A stretch of 50,768 bases of DNA from Phycisphaerae bacterium SM23_30 (GTDB taxonomy: Bacteria; Planctomycetota; Phycisphaerae; Sedimentisphaerales; SM23-30), in assembly GCA_001303695.1 (NCBI GenBank), contig LJUC01000001.1:1-50768 (forward strand), given 5' to 3'. Below are positions 36,044 through 45,979 of the stretch, piece after piece. Made by a program: the position numbers and the translations under genes. Position 1 is the first letter of the stretch; every line of letters begins with the position of its first letter. The notes under the pieces are model-generated. The model did no database searches. It was not told the DNA's origin and saw only the letters and a list, made by a program, of their open reading frames with translations.

Positions 36044-37417
36044 TTATTTTAGTTCAAACGCCGCCGGCCCCGCCCGGCTGATAAAAAAACGCGCCTTATG
36101 CGCCCGGTTTGGGTAAGCCTGTTTATAGCGTTTCTCCCAGTTCCGTAATATCGTTTCAATTTCATCTTCCGCCCCCAACGCCCAAACGCTCCCGCCGAAT
36201 CCCGCCCCAAAGGCCGACGCCGACGCCGCGCCTAGTTCTCGTGCGGTCCGGGCCAAAAAAATCGTCTCGCTAACCTGATTGCCCAGTAGCGCTTCTGCCA
36301 ACTCTTGAGAACGATCCACTTCCCCGCCGAACGCCTCTATATCACCCCTCTCCAGAGCCGCCCCCGCCGCGGGGATGATCTCCTCGCTCTCTACGCAAAA
36401 ATGCTCGAACCGCCGCGTCAGCTCCTCCGCGCCAAATCCCCCTGCCGTCGAACCTTTCAGAATATTACGCATCTGTTTAATAGCAACCGGACCACTTGCC
36501 AGCGCCGCGGCCATATGCCCATCATCCCGCCCCGTCGCCCGGTTCCAGGCCGCCGTCACCGCCGACGCCAAACGCGATACGCGATTATACTTCTCCAGCG
36601 CCGAACCCGTCTTCTCCGCCGCCACCCCGCTGGATGCCAATCCAAAAACATAGCCCTTTGGAACCTTAATATATTTCTCAAACCGCACCGGACAATAACG
36701 GTATTGGCTCAACCTGCCGCTCCGGGCACACAAAATAGCGGTATGGTCCTCGCTGCCCCCAAATGTCCCTACCCCCTTATCGCCCGCCATGCCGCCGAAA
36801 TCCTGACCGTTTTCTATCGCGCCCAAATACCCTGCTAGGGATTCTTCATCGGTGATATTTCGACGATATTCATCACGCCCATCAAGTTGATTTACCCCCG
36901 CCAACACCATGTAAATCCCCACCATCATGGCGCTGGAACTGCTCATCCCCGCTGCTGCCGGCAGATCACTGCAAAACGCCATATCCGCTCCCCTTAATTC
37001 GCCGCCGAAATTACGCGCCACCCGACGCGCCACTGTCATCGGATAATTGCTCCAATGCCCCATCTTCGGTTGCAGGTCGGGATGAATCTCAAATTGGTGC
37101 TTTTCCCCCGTGGCCGCCGCCCGTATATTTAACTGAGCATCTCTCCGCGGTGCCGCTACCAGACAAAAACCCTTTTCCGTCGCCGCTACCATACTTCGGC
37201 CCCCCGCATAATCCGTGTGCTTGCCCAAAACTTCTATACGTCCCGGTACCAAAAAACCATACGCATCTATCCCGCTATTAATATCCGCCTGCAACAGAAC
37301 CCTGGCACATTGAGCAAACAGTTTCTGCTTGTCCCGCGCCGACGTCTCGCTTAAACCTGACGTTATTAGCTTCCTTAACAACCTATTGTCGTTTGCAAAA
37401 AAATGTAAGGGCTCCAT
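36044..37417 (-). CDS. GHMP-family sugar kinase (galactokinase-like)
   Basis: GRIEVLGKHTDYAGG matches the galactokinase signature GR.N.IGEHTDY. PAAAGMSSSSAMMVG matches GHMP motif II. Confidence 0.8.
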   Translation of the reverse strand: MEPLHFFANDNRLLRKLITSGLSETSARDKQKLFAQCARVLLQADINSGIDAYGFLVPGRIEVLGKHTDYAGGRSMVAATEKGFCLVAAPRRDAQLNIRAAATGEKHQFEIHPDLQPKMGHWSNYPMTVARRVARNFGGELRGADMAFCSDLPAAAGMSSSSAMMVGIYMVLAGVNQLDGRDEYRRNITDEESLAGYLGAIENGQDFGGMAGDKGVGTFGGSEDHTAILCARSGRLSQYRYCPVRFEKYIKVPKGYVFGLASSGVAAEKTGSALEKYNRVSRLASAVTAAWNRATGRDDGHMAAALASGPVAIKQMRNILKGSTAGGFGAEELTRRFEHFCVESEEIIPAAGAALERGDIEAFGGEVDRSQELAEALLGNQVSETIFLARTARELGAASASAFGAGFGGSVWALGAEDEIETILRNWEKRYKQAYPNRAHKARFFISRAGPAAFELK

Positions 37418-37544
37418 AAACTCGAATTATAAGTCTAAAAAAGACTCTGCCCAACAATTTTTACCGAGCGTAGCACAATATTTGCCGGAATTAATGATAT
37501 AGGCATGATCTTCCACAAATCATTGAATTGCAGAGAGATAAAAA

Positions 37545-37619
37545 TCGGGGTGACTGGATTTGAACCAGCGGCCTCCTGCTCCCAAAGCAGGCGCTCTTGC
37601 CAAGCTGAGCTACACCCCG
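37545..37619 (-). tRNA. tRNA-Pro (anticodon UGG)
   Basis: Reverse complement folds as a cloverleaf. Acceptor CGGGGTG/CACCCCG. D arm GCTC..GAGC. Anticodon stem CCTGC/GCAGG with loop TTTGGGA. T arm GCTGG-TTCAAAT-CCAGT. Discriminator A. 75 nt, CCA not encoded. Confidence 0.9.
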
Positions 37620-37690
37620 ATGATATAAACATTCTATAAGTGTAGTCGGCAAAAATGCCCCCGTCAATAGACTTTAAACAAAACAAACAC

Positions 37691-38986
37691 TCAGTTGACC
37701 GTCTGCGTCACCGCCGGATCTGAGTGGTCCACCGCAATAACCTTGCGTTTTTCGGCGGCTAGTGCCTGATCCGCTTGACGATTCTCTTCGGTTACTACCG
37801 CGGAGAGTCGATCCATAAAGTCCGGCAGGGCCGACATCACCCGATTCCAGGAGGGGATTCGCGGCAAGTCGGTGGGATCTTTATGAAATTCCTTGGCCGC
37901 TAACCGAACGGCTTCGGTGAAACTCTCAACGGCTTGGCCTTCGCTGTGCCGCTCATAGGGCAGACCGTTTAGAAGTGCATCCGCCGCGTATTGATCTATC
38001 GCTTCCCGGGCCCTATGTAAATAAGAAGCCTGCAGGGTGTCAAAAAAGCGGTCCGGAAAAATTATCCCCCGCGCTGCCAGGGTTCGCAAAACCACCTTGG
38101 CGATATCAACGGCCATTTTCAACAAACCTGATTGAGGATCGTCCGGATCCAGATGTTGATGTTTGTGCTCGTAGGTTCGGGCGATATCTACTTGACAAAT
38201 GCGCGTAAGAGAACACGCCCCATAAACCTCAGAAAGCGTGCCGATCTCCAAACCCCAATCACCGGGCATCCGTATCACGTGCGCCAAAGAGCGGCTCATG
38301 CAGATTTCCCCGGAAAGCGGATAACGAAAACTGTGCAGAAAAGAAAGAAACTCATGAGTGCCGAATATACTCATCAGGGCTCGGATTAAGGGGGTGAAAA
38401 ACAATCGTGTCACGCGCCCGTAAACCCTATTGCTGACCCGCATATAATAGGCCTTGGCAAATTCAAAATCCATCCCCCGCACCGCGCAGGGATAGCACAA
38501 ACGCGCCAACATATTACGGGAGTAATTGCGTATATCGCAATCATGAACCGCGACAACCCATAACTTACGATTGCTGAGGACGTAACCCAGTCCTGTCCAG
38601 ACGCCGCGGCCTTTGCCGTCCGGCCCCACATCAAGATAGTTCTCTCGCAGCTCTTCAAACAGCCCCCTTATACCAGGACCGGAAGACCAGACTACCGAAT
38701 GAGGCTGGGGCAGAGGCTTGAGCCGCCGGCGGGCCTCGACAAAGTCTTTGAATTCGTCGGTTTGCCCCAAACTTAAGATAACTTCAGATATATAAGGTAC
38801 TTGCGCTATTTCCGCTACAATGTCGCTAAAAGACTGCGACATCAGGTCGTGGGGGATAATCGGTAATATCAAAGCAATGTCGCGGCGCTTGAGCATATCC
38901 GACAGGCGCGATTCCATGCGCTGTAGATTATCAGTCTCGAAATCATGCAGCGTGGTTATGATTCCATTCTGAAAAAAATCACCCAT
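37691..38986 (-). CDS. GT-A fold glycosyltransferase, glucosyl-/mannosyl-3-phosphoglycerate synthase-like
   Basis: N-terminal DFFQNGIITTLHDF resembles the FHQ-G-ITT(L/I)H start that I recall for GpgS-type enzymes. DxD-like VAVHDCDI. The family assignment is from memory and has not been searched. Confidence 0.45.
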   Translation of the reverse strand: MGDFFQNGIITTLHDFETDNLQRMESRLSDMLKRRDIALILPIIPHDLMSQSFSDIVAEIAQVPYISEVILSLGQTDEFKDFVEARRRLKPLPQPHSVVWSSGPGIRGLFEELRENYLDVGPDGKGRGVWTGLGYVLSNRKLWVVAVHDCDIRNYSRNMLARLCYPCAVRGMDFEFAKAYYMRVSNRVYGRVTRLFFTPLIRALMSIFGTHEFLSFLHSFRYPLSGEICMSRSLAHVIRMPGDWGLEIGTLSEVYGACSLTRICQVDIARTYEHKHQHLDPDDPQSGLLKMAVDIAKVVLRTLAARGIIFPDRFFDTLQASYLHRAREAIDQYAADALLNGLPYERHSEGQAVESFTEAVRLAAKEFHKDPTDLPRIPSWNRVMSALPDFMDRLSAVVTEENRQADQALAAEKRKVIAVDHSDPAVTQTVN

Positions 38987-39091
38987 ATCGGCTTTCTCCT
39001 TTCCCGTCAGGGTCGTATAATACAGAAGTTATTATAATATATAAGCTTAAGGCGCTATCCTCCTTGACTACGACCGGTATCTTATTTGGTT

Positions 39092-40900
39092 TCAAATTAA
39101 AAGGCGCATATCTCTTATCTCGAACGAACGGGTTAAGATATCTTTATTAGAGATCATAACTTCCGCTCGATTTATTTTTGTTTCTCCCTTACTCTCTAAA
39201 CGTCGGTCAATCAGAGAGGTTAAACGACGCGCTTTAATGGCTAAATTATATTGAGACGCTACGATTTCCTTATTAAATGCTATTTTATCATTTGAGACAA
39301 CATCAAACCAGTCTGTAATCGGCTCTAAAATCTTATTTGTTGCAACTACCTGCTCTAATAATTCAGGCGCCGCCACAAGATCTTTGAGCACAATAAGTTG
39401 CATTTCCACCGAGAGGTCGGCCCAATCCAGCATTTCTTCGGATTTTCCTTTCCGATTATAGAGGTTATACGTTTTGTGACGATTAATCCGGTTTTTCAAC
39501 CCCTCCGGCTGCTCACCGCCCAGTCCTGCCGACTCGTATAAATGTTGCAGCTTCTTATAGTACAACCGGCAAAGTTCTTCCCATTTTTCACCCACCCATA
39601 GCTTGGGTATAAGCAGGTGATCGTAGAGATGCCTTAAATCCATCCCCTGGGCGATGAAATCTCGTGTCACCGTTGATATGTTTCGACCTACCACCGCCCT
39701 GCCCATCAACCAGGGCTCATGGAAAACGTAACCGAATCCCTCCTGAACGGAAGTGGTCATAACTGCCTCACTGAGATGAATCAAATCAATCAAGCTATAC
39801 GACAAGACCCTGCCCTCCTCGATTATCCGCTGGTGACCGCCTTTAAATATTTCTCCGCCGAAACCTGCCGCCACCGGCAGGTGATAGCGCTTGACGAACT
39901 GCTCCAGGGCCCGGGCATAGATGATATCCGCTTGGCTATTAGGTTGCATAGTCACCAGGAGTTGATATGAATCCTCTTTCGCGTTGAGGACCATCAGTTG
40001 AAGCACGGATTCCGCCACATTTTTCCGCCGGATAAGCTTGATGGGCGCCGCCAGAATCTTACGGTTCGGTTCGAACCGAAAACCGTGGTCCTCGGCAAAT
40101 ACCGCGATGCGGCTCTTCAAATCGCCCCCGAAATCCATCGGCTCCAGATCCAACTGCTGCAATTGTTCCGGCGACATCTTGGTTAAAGGCGGCGATGTTA
40201 ATGTTTCCTCGTCCACCGAATTTGGCAAAACATCCACCATATCCGCTTCGATCCCGGTGCTGAGCAATTTTTCCTTATCATTCGAGTTAATGCAGACCCA
40301 GTGTATATGCGAACCGACCGGATACATCATTTCCGCCGCCAACTGTACGTCGCTGCGGCCCGAACAGTCACGCAGCGCCGCCCAGCATGAGGGTCGATGG
40401 TCCTCGGCAAAATCATGCATTTGATAGAGAATCAGGACCGGCAGATTCTCCTGATCGATGCGATCGCTCAAAAGCTTCAGCGACAGTGTCAGGCGGGGAT
40501 TTTTGCCCAGATTGGCATTATGAACATGAAGAACATAGGGATTCTCCGGGCTGCTTCGAGGCAATTCCAGCATCCCCAGCAGCTTCTCGGCCAATTCTCC
40601 CGCTTCAAAGAACAACTGTTCTCTATCCCGGGCGGGTTGATCGTTGTACGCCAACTCAGGCAGTTCAATAGGCCTTATTAATACTTCTGTGCCCTCTGCT
40701 TCCTTGGCATAATATTGTAGTTCGTCGGCCGCCTCCCGACCAGAAGACCTTTTGGCATCGCTGGAGATCAGGTCAATCTCCAAGCGCCGGTAGGGGCCGT
40801 AGCCGATCAACGACCGTAAACTATTGACAATCACCGTCCGTACCCCACCACGCAGAAAATGATAATGCAGCACTCCAATACGTAGTTTATTCGGACTCAT
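39092..40900 (-). CDS. GT-B (GT4-like) glycosyltransferase with long C-terminal extension
   Basis: N-terminal RIGVLHYHFLRGGV. Retaining GT-B E-x7-E type motif in TTSVQEGFGYVFHEPWLMGRAVVG. 602 aa. Confidence 0.6.
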   Translation of the reverse strand: MSPNKLRIGVLHYHFLRGGVRTVIVNSLRSLIGYGPYRRLEIDLISSDAKRSSGREAADELQYYAKEAEGTEVLIRPIELPELAYNDQPARDREQLFFEAGELAEKLLGMLELPRSSPENPYVLHVHNANLGKNPRLTLSLKLLSDRIDQENLPVLILYQMHDFAEDHRPSCWAALRDCSGRSDVQLAAEMMYPVGSHIHWVCINSNDKEKLLSTGIEADMVDVLPNSVDEETLTSPPLTKMSPEQLQQLDLEPMDFGGDLKSRIAVFAEDHGFRFEPNRKILAAPIKLIRRKNVAESVLQLMVLNAKEDSYQLLVTMQPNSQADIIYARALEQFVKRYHLPVAAGFGGEIFKGGHQRIIEEGRVLSYSLIDLIHLSEAVMTTSVQEGFGYVFHEPWLMGRAVVGRNISTVTRDFIAQGMDLRHLYDHLLIPKLWVGEKWEELCRLYYKKLQHLYESAGLGGEQPEGLKNRINRHKTYNLYNRKGKSEEMLDWADLSVEMQLIVLKDLVAAPELLEQVVATNKILEPITDWFDVVSNDKIAFNKEIVASQYNLAIKARRLTSLIDRRLESKGETKINRAEVMISNKDILTRSFEIRDMRLLI

Positions 40901-40941
40901 AGTGTGTGTATTTCTAATTGAACCTTTGCAAAATTATAATC

Positions 40942-41919
40942 TTAATCTAACACCAATTCCGCCACCTGTTCGGCCTCGGTGACCACCCCGTCAGGGCGTA
41001 AATCCCGGCATCGTTCCTCATCCTCACGAAGAACAGTCTGTGTCTCATCAACGGCAAATAACAATGTTCGCATCCCGCAGTTTGATGCCGCCCAAACATC
41101 ATTGAGCATATCATTACCTATATAGAGAATTTCCCCGCGCCTAATGCCTCTACGGCTTAAAATATCGATCGCCTGGACAAATCCGCCCGGATGAGGTTTG
41201 CTGTAGCCTAATTCATACGAAAATAGCACCAATTCAGCCGTAAAAATCTCTTCCAGCTCCCAATCGCTCCGCTTCCCGCCGGCCCGCAGCAGGCGGCGCA
41301 GTTGCAGCGGGGTATAAAACTGGGCGTTGGAAATAATACCCTGAATAATCCCGGCCCGGCTCAGGGCCTCCAGGGCCCGCTCGATGCCCGGATAAAGATA
41401 GTTCTGCTGAAGACTCGCGTCGAAGAAATAGGCCCATCGATAGGCGGTGTCGATGGTCGCCTCCGTCATCGGCGGCTGATACCCGACCCGGCGGCAATCC
41501 AGCACGATTTCGCGCCAGATCTCTTCGATCACCACCTCGGGATATTCTATGCCGTCGGCCCGGCTGCGCTGATGAGATTCGTTGATTAGCTCTAAATACC
41601 GTTGATATAAGTACTCTTCGACCGGTCGATCCGGATCTAATTGATGCAGACAGCCTTCCAGGGAAAATTCCGCTATGGTGGCGCCGGCGGCCCGCCGCAG
41701 CCGCTCCTCAACTTGACAGCTCTGCTCCAAATCCCCGATATCCACCCCAAATAAGGTACCATAGACATCCCAGAGAACCGCCCGAATCCCTTGCAGATCA
41801 TTACTACCCCAGTTGACAGATGCGGGCTTCACCGGCGGCGCCTGATCCCGGCTCAAGCGTCCGTCCACCTGCTGAAAATAGGCCCAGACCGACGGGCGAT
41901 AAGCGAAAAACCTTTTCAT
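40942..41919 (-). CDS. HAD-superfamily hydrolase (haloacid-dehalogenase-like, DxYGT type)
   Basis: Motif I VLWDVYGTLF, as in type II HAD (FDAYGTL). Motif IV GNDMLNDVWAA. Last gene upstream of the two glycosyltransferases on the same strand. Confidence 0.65.
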   Translation of the reverse strand: MKRFFAYRPSVWAYFQQVDGRLSRDQAPPVKPASVNWGSNDLQGIRAVLWDVYGTLFGVDIGDLEQSCQVEERLRRAAGATIAEFSLEGCLHQLDPDRPVEEYLYQRYLELINESHQRSRADGIEYPEVVIEEIWREIVLDCRRVGYQPPMTEATIDTAYRWAYFFDASLQQNYLYPGIERALEALSRAGIIQGIISNAQFYTPLQLRRLLRAGGKRSDWELEEIFTAELVLFSYELGYSKPHPGGFVQAIDILSRRGIRRGEILYIGNDMLNDVWAASNCGMRTLLFAVDETQTVLREDEERCRDLRPDGVVTEAEQVAELVLD

Positions 41920-42067
41920 GACAGTAGTTTAGCTGCATAGGGCAATTTTGTCAATTAAGCCTGCTTTTCGGATTTTTTTCTTTTCCAAAGGTGCCAAACT
42001 TCTTATCATGCCGATAATTAAACAGTATATGCTCGGAGTCTATCAATCCCCCAGGGAGTAATATCAT

Positions 42068-42715
42068 ATGGCAGGAAAAACCGCCCTAAAGATTTCGGTC
42101 GTCGTACTAATGGTTTTGTTTATCGCCGGGCCGGCCTTCGGACAGTTTGCCGGCGAGGTCGAAACCCCGACGGATTGGCAGGTCAGTTTTGTTTCCGGTT
42201 ACTTCAGCGGCGGCGGCCTCCTGTCAACACGCGTCGGTCCTCAAAATGAGCTGGTCAAGGTGGAGGCCCATTCCGCCTGGCTGGCAGGCCTCCGCTTCGG
42301 GGCCGATCAGGAATATCTCGGCTGGGAAATCACCGCCGCCGGGGCCTTCGCCGACCTCCACGTCAAGGCCGCTCCGCAGGATTCCTTGTCTTCCGGCAGG
42401 GATCTAAACGTCTTCCTGGGTGACCTCAACGCCCTGTTGTTTCCTGCCGGCAATTCCTTGGCTAATGGTCGTCTCCGCCCCTTTATTACTGCCGGCGGCG
42501 GGGTAGCCCATTTTGACAGCAATTTCGACGAAATCGGCGCCGAAACCGCTTTCGATGTCAATGCCGGCGCCGGCCTCAAAGTCCTGCTGGGCGAAACCGG
42601 CAAATATCACTTACGCCTCGACTGGCGCTGGCACTACATGACCGGAGGGGGCAAGGGAATACAGGAGAACCTGTATAGACAGGAATTGACCCTTGGCCTC
42701 GGCATCCGGTTCTAA
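42068..42715 (+). CDS. outer-membrane beta-barrel protein (OmpW/OMP_b-brl-like)
   Basis: Signal peptide ...VLFIAGPAFG/QF. Alternating amphipathic strands. Terminal aromatic residue (...LGLGIRF). Confidence 0.7.
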   Translation: MAGKTALKISVVVLMVLFIAGPAFGQFAGEVETPTDWQVSFVSGYFSGGGLLSTRVGPQNELVKVEAHSAWLAGLRFGADQEYLGWEITAAGAFADLHVKAAPQDSLSSGRDLNVFLGDLNALLFPAGNSLANGRLRPFITAGGGVAHFDSNFDEIGAETAFDVNAGAGLKVLLGETGKYHLRLDWRWHYMTGGGKGIQENLYRQELTLGLGIRF

Positions 42716-42797
42716 CCCTTATTTTATTGGTATAAGTTCCATAACTGCTTTAATCCCCCCTTCACGCCGGGGGTTTCACCATAAGAGTATTCAATCC

Positions 42798-44447
42798 ATG
42801 AAAATCGCCCTCGCACAAATTAATCCCGTTGTGGGCGATATCGACTGCAACCGCGACAAGATCATCGACTATATCCGCCGGACCGCCGAACTGGACGCCG
42901 AAATAGCGATTTTCAGTGAAATGTCCCTTCTCGGTTATCCGCCCATGGACCTGCTGTTAAATCCTCAGCTCATCGACGATAATATTGCCGCCCTGAACGA
43001 AACGGCCGACGCCTGTACCCACTGTGCCGCCCTGGTCGGCTTTGCCTGCCGACACACCGGCCCCGTCGGCCGAGAACTCCATAACGCCGCCGCCCTGTTA
43101 AACCAGGGGCAAATTCGGGCTGTTTATTACAAACAACTGCTGCCTGATTATGATGTCTTTGATGAAAATCGCTATTTCGAGCCCGCCGGTGAGCAGGAAC
43201 CCCTTGATTTCCATGACAAACGTTTGGCCGTAACCATCTGTGAAGACATCTGGGCCCGGCCCCAAAACGCCCCAAAACCTTACTACAAAGTCGATCCCCT
43301 GGCCCGCATGATGCAGGACCATCCCGATCTGATTGTCAATCTTTCCGCCATCCCTTTCGCTCATGACAAACAGAAATTCCGCTTTGATCTGTTCGCGCAG
43401 CAGGCCCGTAATCATCGCCTGCCCTTAATAAACGTCAACCAGGTGGGCGGTAATGATGAACTGATTTTCGACGGCTCCAGTTGCGCCTACGATGCCCATG
43501 GTAATCTCATCGCCCAGGCCAAAGCCTTTGATGAAGATCTCCTGATAATCGATCTAAATAATCTCTCCGATGCCCGACGCGAGCCGGTCCCCGGCGGCAT
43601 CGCTTCGGTGCACGACGCCTTGGTTCTGGGCCTGAGAGATTACGTCCGAAAATGCCGCTTTGACGGCGTCCTGCTGGGCCTCTCCGGCGGCATCGATTCC
43701 GCCGTCCTCGCTACCCTCGCCGTCGCCGCCCTGGGCCCCGATAAGGTGCACGCCGTCGCCCTGCCCGGACGTTTCTCCCGCCCCGACAGCCTCATTGACG
43801 CCCAAAAGCTCGCCCGGCAGCTCGGCATTAATCTGCGGACCATCCCTATCGAAAAACCCCACGCCCTAATGGAAGAAATCCTCCAGCCCCACTTTGCCGA
43901 CCGTCAACCCGACGTCACCGAGGAAAACCTACAGGCCCGCATCCGCGGCAATATTTTAATGGCCTTAAGCAACAAATTCGGTCATCTCCTGCTCGCCGCC
44001 GGCAATAAAAGCGAACTGGCCGCCGGCTACTGCACCCTCTACGGCGATATGACCGGCGGCCTGGCCCCCCTGGCCGACGTACCTAAAACCATGGTTTATG
44101 AATTGGCCCGCTATGTCAATCGCCATACCGGGATAATCCCTTCCTCGATCATAACCAAACCCCCTTCCGCCGAGCTTAAACCAGACCAGACCGACCAGGA
44201 TACCCTCCCCCCCTATGATCAACTGGACCAAATCCTCGAACGTTACGTCGTCGAGTCTCGACCCTTCGCCGAAATCGTCGCCGCCGGCTTTGATAAGGAA
44301 TTGGTCGCCCGGGTCATTAAAATGACCGACCGCAGCGAATTCAAACGCCGTCAGGCACCCCCCGCCCTCAAAATCTCCCGCCGTGCCTTCGGCCTCGGAA
44401 GACGACTCCCCCTCGCCCAAAATTACCAACCTTATAAACGCTTTTAA
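42798..44447 (+). CDS. nadE: glutamine-dependent NAD+ synthetase (CN-hydrolase + NAD synthetase domains)
   Basis: ORF 42693..44447, with ATG 42798 (MKIALAQINPVVGD) preferred. Nitrilase-type Glu and Cys contexts (IFSEMSL, VTICEDIW). PP-loop GLSGGIDSAV. Confidence 0.9.
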   Translation: MKIALAQINPVVGDIDCNRDKIIDYIRRTAELDAEIAIFSEMSLLGYPPMDLLLNPQLIDDNIAALNETADACTHCAALVGFACRHTGPVGRELHNAAALLNQGQIRAVYYKQLLPDYDVFDENRYFEPAGEQEPLDFHDKRLAVTICEDIWARPQNAPKPYYKVDPLARMMQDHPDLIVNLSAIPFAHDKQKFRFDLFAQQARNHRLPLINVNQVGGNDELIFDGSSCAYDAHGNLIAQAKAFDEDLLIIDLNNLSDARREPVPGGIASVHDALVLGLRDYVRKCRFDGVLLGLSGGIDSAVLATLAVAALGPDKVHAVALPGRFSRPDSLIDAQKLARQLGINLRTIPIEKPHALMEEILQPHFADRQPDVTEENLQARIRGNILMALSNKFGHLLLAAGNKSELAAGYCTLYGDMTGGLAPLADVPKTMVYELARYVNRHTGIIPSSIITKPPSAELKPDQTDQDTLPPYDQLDQILERYVVESRPFAEIVAAGFDKELVARVIKMTDRSEFKRRQAPPALKISRRAFGLGRRLPLAQNYQPYKRF

Positions 44448-44751
44448 CAAAACACGACCCTGTCATCCCGACCAAAACCGTCTCATCTGTCATTCCGACC
44501 GAGCGCAAAGTTGGCCTTCATCACGATCAGCGCGGTAGCTACAACATTGATGAAGAAGATGATGATAGGAATGGGCTAAACAAACCCTGGAGTTGACATT
44601 TTATGTCCGTTGGACTAATTTCATATCATATAGTGTTGAGAAATGCATATTTAAGAAAATGCATTTGAGTCAGAGGAAGTAAGAAATAGTAGGTGGTTCT
44701 TTTTTATTAATCGTTCGAGATAGGGCATATTTTCTAATACGGTTTTATTAT

Positions 44752-45216
44752 ATGGCAAAAAAATTCTTTAATACCCGTTGTGTATATTGTCTTAAGCGTT
44801 TTGAAAAATTAACTTCCGATCATGTTTTGCCTAGAGCATGGTATCCTGACAATACTCCGGAGAATCTTGAAAAATGGCAAGTTCCTGCATGCCCTGCATG
44901 TAATAGGGAGCACGGAATAAACGAGGAGGAATTGCTGTTAAAGCTTGGTTTACATTTTGATCCACAAAGGGGAAATATGAAGGGGATAGCTAAAAAAGTA
45001 ATTCGCTCAATGAGCCCAAGTCGTGGAAAGTCTAAGCAGGATCGTGAAAAGCGCCGAAAACAAAATATCCGCACAAAGAAAGAAATCAAGAAGGCATTGA
45101 ATTTGGTTCCTTCTCAATCAAACATTCTTCCTGGATTTGGTTTTAACAGGAAGTTTTCTCTACAACATCAGCTACCTTTATTAGTGTCTGAAGAACAACT
45201 TCAAAAATTTAGTTAA
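44752..45216 (+). CDS. HNH-motif nuclease-like protein (possibly the 5' part of an interrupted gene)
   Basis: CVYCLKRFEKLTSDHVLPRAW...VPACPACNREHG gives CxxC...DH...N...CxxC(N), the HNH zinc-finger layout. Lys/Arg-rich tail. Lies in an AT-rich islet. Confidence 0.6.
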   Translation: MAKKFFNTRCVYCLKRFEKLTSDHVLPRAWYPDNTPENLEKWQVPACPACNREHGINEEELLLKLGLHFDPQRGNMKGIAKKVIRSMSPSRGKSKQDREKRRKQNIRTKKEIKKALNLVPSQSNILPGFGFNRKFSLQHQLPLLVSEEQLQKFS

Positions 45217-45240
45217 AAACTTACACGTGGAGTATTTTAT

Positions 45241-45483
45241 ATGTTTAACAATAGTATGTACATAGAATCTGATTTTGAGTTTAAAGTTTTTGTTCCAGCA
45301 GAAAATGTTCCTCAAGAGTGTCGTCAGGTGATTAGGAAGTACGGTAAAGAGTATAATTGTGGTCCTGTTATTGTTGTTGTTATGGCAGTTTGTCCTGATG
45401 ATGTACGCAGTGCAATACTCGAAATCGCAATATGGGATCGATTAAGAATATGTAGTGTAATATCACCACGCAAATCTGTATAA
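45241..45483 (+). CDS. hypothetical 80-aa ORF, in frame with the HNH ORF across a single TAA
   Basis: Same reading frame as 44752..45216. Only one stop (45214-45216) and 8 sense codons separate the two ORFs. Confidence 0.3.
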   Translation: MFNNSMYIESDFEFKVFVPAENVPQECRQVIRKYGKEYNCGPVIVVVMAVCPDDVRSAILEIAIWDRLRICSVISPRKSV

Positions 45484-45660
45484 AATACAAAAGCATCCTG
45501 GAGAAATTTAAAATGAAAGATAAAGGACAACATGGCTGGGGAATTAAGGATCCCCGGTACGAATGGTGTTGGAGGTGACAATTTGGGATTTGGTTTTTAG
45601 ATACTCTTTCTTCCTTAGGAATGTGGCTTTATACAAAAATAAATATTTTCCAAATTTTCC

Positions 45661-45689
45661 TTGACAGGCTTAAAAACCTGATGTATATA
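45661..45689 (+). promoter_or_regulatory. sigma70-type promoter (TTGACA-17 nt-TATATA) driving the cobalamin riboswitch
   Basis: TTGACA at 45661-45666, a 17-nt spacer, then TATATA at 45684-45689. Confidence 0.6.
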
Positions 45690-45704
45690 CCATTCAATTG
45701 ACAA

Positions 45705-45880
45705 GTGAATATCGCCGGTTCTGGGCGGCTCAGATGAGCCTTAATAGGGAAGACGGTTAAAGGCCGTCGCGGACCCGCCGCTGTAATCGGGACGAACGCC
45801 GGATTATGCCACTGTCTCAAATGATGGGAAGGCCCGGCCAGTAGGATCAACCGAGAGCCAGAAAACCTCGCCCTTTACCG
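45705..45880 (+). promoter_or_regulatory. cobalamin (B12) riboswitch aptamer
   Basis: AATAGGGAAGACGGTTAAAGGCCGTCGCGGACCCGCCGCTGTAATCGGGACGAA matches the conserved GGGAA..GGT.AAA..CC...C.G.CCCGC..CTGTAA core. ATGCCACTG and GGGAAGGC follow. B12-box-like GAGCCAGAAAACCTCGCC at 45855-45872. The boundaries are approximate. Confidence 0.85.
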
Positions 45881-45979
45881 GAAAACCAACCAACGACTTC
45901 GTGGAATGAGTCGGGCGGTAATCCTTGGCTCGCCGGACGCTGATCTCACGCCGCAACGCCCTGGATAATCAAAGAATTT

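Noticed and set aside
36305-36838. 177-aa plus-strand ORF
   Set aside because: It is antisense to the GHMP kinase, which has clear family motifs. The composition is Pro/Arg-rich shadow frame.
37435-37686. 83-aa minus-strand ORF
   Set aside because: It overlaps the tRNA-Pro gene (37545-37619). The reading frame is explained by the tRNA and its flanks.
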